Source: Octopus sinensis (lineage: Eukaryota). Taken from it: a stretch of DNA of 12,458 nucleotides. Under the pieces are notes generated by a model that worked only from the letters and a program-made list of their open reading frames with translations, was not told the DNA's origin and made no database searches. The stretch's first letter is position 1. Each line of letters begins with the position of its first letter. Position numbers and translations under genes: made by a program. Where the stretch lies: contig NW_021826566.1 in the NCBI RefSeq assembly GCF_006345805.1, positions 1-12,458 on the forward strand. Direction: 5' to 3'. Positions 8,111 to 12,458 of this stretch are shown here, piece by piece.

Positions 8111-8315
8111 TATGGCAATCACAGCATATTGTTACTCAATTAACAATTAATTATGTTTTATTTGTTTTACTTTCCATTTATGTGTTTTTGTTGTTTTTTG
8201 CCACCCCAGCTCCTCTATCGTTTCCAGTCCCCTAAATACATCGGTTTTTCTTTTCCTCCTCAGTCTCTCCCTTTTCTATCTCTTTTCCCCTTCTCTCTCC
8301 CCTCTCTCTCTCACC

Positions 8316-8412
8316 ATATATATACATATACATAATATATACATATACATATATATATATATAATATATTATATATATAGATATATATATATATAATATA
8401 TATATATATATA
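8316..8412. repeat. (TA)n/(CATA)n microsatellite
   Basis: Direct reading. Confidence 0.93.
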
Positions 8413-8554
8413 ATTCCTTCATCTTGCTCTCCATCTCTCTCCTTCTCTCACCTTTCTTAATCTTCCTCAGTACCACTTTCTGCTGCTTTCTTCTTACCTC
8501 CCTTATGTACGCGCGCGTGTGTGCGTATGCGTGTATGCATGCACGTGTCGTGGA

Positions 8555-8592
8555 AGATAGATAGACAGACAGACAGACAAACAAACAGACAG

Positions 8593-8661
<69 letters not shown>

Positions 8662-8684
8662 TAGATAGATAGATAGATAGATAG
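8555..8684. repeat. Compound (GATA)n-(GACA)n-(GA)n-(GATA)n microsatellite
   Basis: Direct reading. Confidence 0.96.
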
Positions 8685-8987
8685 ACGCATGTCTGAGTAT
8701 ATACACATGCGGACGCACATGTATATGCTTACATTATATATACATACACAATGCGTGTGTCAGTGATTGTTTGTTTTTTGTCTGTTGTTTTTTTAGTAAT
8801 ATACTGCTTTCAATTACCTCATGATGGCTGCCACTGCGGTGGATCAATAGTGAAGCGACTTCAACGCCAGCTGGCGGCACAGCGCTGACACGGCAATGAT
8901 CTTCTGTAATATACAGACCCCTGCATTTATTGGGGCAGCTCTTTCCGAAGAATCGCAGGACTCTCTTCTCTTAAAGCATTTCGGTAC

Positions 8988-9000
8988 CTCTCTCTTTCTC

Positions 9001-9057
<57 letters not shown>

Positions 9058-9088
9058 TTGCCTCTCTTTCACACACACACACACATAC
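8988..9088. repeat. (TC)n then (CA)n microsatellite
   Basis: Direct reading. Confidence 0.95.
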
Positions 9089-9269
9089 AAAGTGATAATG
9101 TGATACACTGATACACGAATGCAAACACATATATACATCCTATCAAAAACACACACTAACACGCACAATCATACACTCATACGCACACGATTTCAGAGGC
9201 TTACACAAATCTTACACATTCAGATATTCATAGCAGCCCTGTCACACAGTCACGAATAAGCACCTTCCA

Positions 9270-9516
9270 TTTACACACATACATCCACACGTTTACATAC
9301 ACACACATACACACACATGTACGCGCACACACAAACATACATAAACATACGTGTGTGAATATAAATGTGTTTGTATGTTTGTATGTGTGCATATGTATGT
9401 GCTCTTGGGTATATATATATATATAAATTCTCATATATATATACATATATATACATATATATATACACATACATACATGTATGTGTGTGTAATATATATA
9501 GAAATATCACACACAC

Positions 9517-9586
<70 letters not shown>

Positions 9587-9812
9587 GCATACGTACATAG
9601 ATACAGGCATACAAACACACAGACATGCGTACATACCTACATTCATACATTCACATATACATGCACACATACGCACACGCACACATACGCACACGCACAC
9701 ATATATTTACATACATACATACATACATATATACATATACGTACACACACAACACACACACACATATATACACACACGCACCTGCATGCACACAGACAGA
9801 CAAACAGACAGA
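9270..9812. repeat. Microsatellite cluster: (CA/TACA)n, (TA)n, (GATA)n at 9517-9585, (CATA/CACG)n, (GACA)n
   Basis: Direct reading. Confidence 0.92.
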
Positions 9813-10094
9813 CAAAGGGAGACTAGTGAACATTCATAGTTTGACTCGTGCACACACAAACAAACATTAATTTCGCCGGGTTCGCCAGTATGGCCGCCGA
9901 TTCGTGCGCTTCATGCGGCGTAAAGTGTCATGGCGGAAACAGTGAGTAGACCAGCTGTTGTTGATGATCTTTCCCGGTAAACGTTTCGCTCATCTTATAA
10001 AATGGCATTCAATAGCTTTGAATGACAAACATAAAAATATAACTCTTCTCATTTACTCCCTTCACACTCTCTCCCGCCCCATATTCATTTTCTT

Positions 10095-10495
10095 ATTCTC
10101 TCTCTCTCTCTCTTTCTATCTTCTTGCTCTCTCCTCTCTCTTTCTTGTCTTCCGCTCTGTCTCTAATTTTTTGTCTATCAATCTATTAATCTGCCTTTCT
10201 ATCTTTATCTACCCTCTATGTCTTCCTTTCTCTCTTTATTTCTATCTCTCTCTCTCTCTCGCTCTCTCGCTCTCTCCCCACTCTCGCTCGCTCGCTCTCT
10301 CTCTCTATCTATCTATCTATCTATCTATCCATCTGTCTATCTATCTATCTGTCTATCTATCTTTCTATCTATCTATCTATCTTTCTGTCTGTCTATCTAT
10401 CTATTTATTTACCTATCTCTGCTTGTCTCTCCCTTTCTCTTTCTCTGCTGTTCTTATTTCTCTTGCATGTGTAACATACTCTTCTTTTCCTCTCC

Positions 10496-10549
<54 letters not shown>
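10095..10549. repeat. Pyrimidine-rich compound microsatellite: (TC)n, (TCGC)n, (CTAT)n, (TC)n
   Basis: Direct reading; explains ORFs 9958-10689 and 10218-10553. Confidence 0.93.
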
Positions 10550-10550
<1 letters not shown>

Positions 10551-10552
<2 letters not shown>

Positions 10553-10753
10553 AACGCGTGTGTACCGTTGGCGATTTTTTTCCTCTGTCTTCCTTTCTCT
10601 GGATCCTTCCTTTTCCTATGTTTCTGACGAAGAGCTCCGCTCGAAACGTTAGACCCTCCTTCTTCCCTTTCTTCCTGAGCGTCCAATAATACTATATTTG
10701 TTCCACGTCCTCACGTTGTTGTGTTTTCTCTGTATTTTCATGTTTGGATTAAC
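10551..10753 (+). mobile_element. Probable Penelope-like element pseudo-LTR (solo)
   Basis: About 200-bp block between (TC)n and (TA)n arrays, centred on CTGACGAAGAGCTCCGCTCGAAACGTT, a typical Penelope pLTR minimal hammerhead signature. No coding part is present. Confidence 0.7.
10620..10654 (+). ncRNA. Minimal type I hammerhead ribozyme motif with intact core
   Basis: Helix I GTTT (10620-10623)/AGAC (10651-10654; one G-U pair). Core CTGACGA (10624-10630), then an extra A. Helix II GAGC-TCC-GCTC (10632-10642), GAAA (10643-10646), palindromic ACGT in place of helix III, and GUU triplet at 10648-10650. Confidence 0.8.
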
Positions 10754-10821
10754 TATATTATAGATAATATATATATATATTATATATATATATATTATTA
10801 TTATTATTATTATATATGTAT

Positions 10822-10882
<61 letters not shown>

Positions 10883-10910
10883 TTATGTATGTATAGTATA
10901 TATATATATC
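10754..10910. repeat. (TA)n/(TAT)n/(TATG)n microsatellite
   Basis: Direct reading. Confidence 0.95.
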
Positions 10911-11140
10911 GTATTATTCTAATCCCTTCTTATCTCCCTTCTTAATCCTTCTCCACTCTTCCTTCGCGAGTTAAGCAATTTTTTTTCTTTACACCGTCTC
11001 ATCCTTTTTCACCCTTTACTCTTCGAGCCAACGAGACAGCAACTACGAAATAAGTGTCCATTCTCCCTCAATTCATACTCTCCTTTCTAGAATTGGATAA
11101 AAAATAAATGATATCTCCTCTTCACATAAGCAAAAGTCGA

Positions 11141-11216
11141 TATGGTCACAACTAGAATGTCTTTGATCTTTTGCTTTACTCAATCAAGGTTGACCTAGAC
11201 CTTAACAGCAACAGCA
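11141..11216 (+). repeat. Copy 4 (3' end) of the old (AAC)n-tailed repeat
   Basis: ATGGTCACAACTAGAATGTCTTTGATC...GGTTGACCTAGACCTTAACAGCAACAGCA aligns with the 3' parts of copies 2, 3 and 5. Confidence 0.7.
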
Positions 11217-11427
11217 CCCCGACTTCCTACGCAACCGCTGAGCCTGGATGCGCATTCATCCATCCGTCGATGCTCTCGGTGTCGGGAGTTGACCTGCTTT
11301 CTCTTCTGCGGGTCTTACGAATAGCAAAGGACCACGTTTCGGACTTCTCCCACTACAGACACTCCGAGGCGCGATTTTGCGAGCTCTGGGACGAAGACCG
11401 CTTCGCTCAACAGCAACAGCAACAGCA
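11217..11427 (+). mobile_element. GC-rich ~190-bp insertion, probably the 5'-truncated 3' end of a non-LTR retroposon with an (AACAGC)n tail
   Basis: Flanked by the direct repeat AACAGCAACAGCA at 11204-11216 and 11409-11421. Sharp compositional contrast with the flanks; family not assignable. Confidence 0.6.
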
Positions 11428-11536
11428 ATAACTATAATGAACGCCATCACCAACATCATCATCATCATCCTCCCTTTCGCCACTAAACACATTATGATCA
11501 CCAGCACTACGGCCACCACTACAAACCAATGAGACA

Positions 11537-11718
11537 ACCTCTACGAGATCACTCAACCTGCTAGAAATAGTAGCCATCCTGCTGTCTTGACTACGGAAAG
11601 AACAGATTGGGCAATATAGTCCCAAAACTAAAAAAGAAAAATGACGGAATGGTCAAAACTAGATAAGCTTTCATCAGAAGTCTGCTTAATAAGAGCTAAC
11701 CTGAGACGAAATAACAAC
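11537..11718 (+). repeat. Copy 5 of the old (AAC)n-tailed repeat
   Basis: Runs ACCTCTACGAGATCACTCAACCTGCTAGAAATAGTAGCCA...ATGGTCAAAACTAGA...GAGCTAACCTGAGACGAAATAACAAC. Confidence 0.75.
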
Positions 11719-11837
11719 CACTGCTCTTACCACCACTTCTGCTATTGCCACTACAACCACTACTTCCACCACTACCACCGCCACATCTGCTCTTTTATTA
11801 CAAGAGACGTTATATACTATATATAAAAAAAATAAAT

Positions 11838-12083
11838 GCGCCCTTTTTAAAGCCTAGCCAGGCTCATGGGCCTGGTTTCCCGGTTTCCGTGGCGTATGTG
11901 TTCCCCAGTAGGATGGGACGCCAGTCCATCGCAGTGTTACTCATTTTTGCCAGCTGAGTGGACTGGAGCAGCGTGAAATGAAGTGTTTTGCTCAAGAGCA
12001 CAACGTGTTGTCCGGTCCAGGAATCGAAACCACAATCCTACGATCAGGATGCTGACACCCTAACCACTAAGCCACGCGCCTCC
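11838..12083 (-). mobile_element. tRNA-derived SINE family C, full length, with a Meta-domain-like centre
   Basis: The minus strand starts GGAGGCGCGTGGCTTAGTGGTTAG (A box 12064-12074) with B box GGTTTCGATTCC (12020-12031). Then GTGCTCTTGAGCAAAACACTT, and CTGCGATGGACTGGCGTCCCATCC...CACGGAAACCGGGA (11879-11934). Confidence 0.88.
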
Positions 12084-12117
12084 ACATATCCTATATATAT
12101 ATGCTTCAGACTAAATA

Positions 12118-12330
12118 CTGGTTTCAAATTTTGAAACAAGTGCATTAGTTTCAAAGGAGGAAGTAAGTCGATTATATCGACCCCAGTGCTAAACTAGTAC
12201 TTATTTTATCGCCCCCGAAACGATGAAAGCCAAAGTGGACCTCGACGGAATTTGAACTCAGAATGTAAAGACAGACAAAATGCTGCTAAGCATTTTGCCA
12301 GGGATGCTAACGATTCTGCCATTTCGCTCC
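12118..12330 (-). mobile_element. SINE family B, full-length older copy
   Basis: Collinear with 1040-1270 (ATCGACCCCAGT..GGAATTTGAACTCAGAA..GCTAAGCATTT..CTAACGATTCTGCCA) but with a different 3' tail (GTTTCAAATTTTG...). Confidence 0.88.
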
Positions 12331-12340
12331 TTGAACGATA

Positions 12341-12458
12341 TTAGTTTCAAATCTTGGCCCAAGGCCAGCTATTTTAGGAGAGGAGGTAAGTCGATTCTAT
12401 CGACCCCAGTGCTAAACCGGTACTTATTTTATCGATCCAGGATGAAAGCAAAGACGAA
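12341..12458 (-). mobile_element. SINE family B, partial copy running off the window end
   Basis: GTTTCAAATCTTGGCCCAAGGCCAGC...TAAGTCGATTCTATCGACCCCAGTGCTAAACCGGTACTTATTTTATCG. Confidence 0.85.

Noticed and set aside
9958-10689. Longest ORF (243 aa) and other S/L/I/Y-, H/T- or R/E-rich ORFs in the track
   Set aside because: They are translations of microsatellites with no domain-like content; simple repeats lack stops in some frames.
11171-11431. 86-aa ORF ending in polyQ as a host gene
   Set aside because: It starts at TTG, crosses a repeat/insertion junction, and the Q-run is the insertion's tail microsatellite.
12121-12137. Perfect palindrome GTTTCAAA-T-TTTGAAAC
   Set aside because: It is explained by point mutation of the SINE B tail (compare 12345-12358).

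Overview
AT-rich eukaryotic DNA, dense in microsatellites and made almost entirely of nested transposon relics. It is most likely intergenic or intronic sequence from an octopus or other cephalopod; this is inferred from recalled SINE families and the microsatellite density, not from a search. No intact protein-coding gene is supportable, and the supplied ORFs are mostly microsatellite read-throughs. Recognisable elements: (i) an internally deleted Helitron with a frameshifted Rep N-terminus and a CTAG|T 3' end (~1271-3122); (ii) a DD37D/maT Tc1-mariner relic (4148-4847); (iii) three tRNA-derived SINE families in several copies; (iv) five copies of an older ~220-bp (AAC)n-tailed repeat that hosts nested insertions; (v) a fold-back element with long inverted arms (3243-3534); (vi) a diverged 31-bp minisatellite (6395-6726); and (vii) a possible solo LTR (148-642). 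The most notable hidden signals are two different minimal type I hammerhead ribozyme folds with palindromic helix III (3785-3829 and 10620-10654), each within a probable Penelope-like pseudo-LTR. A small CpG-rich candidate exon lies at 9890-9947.
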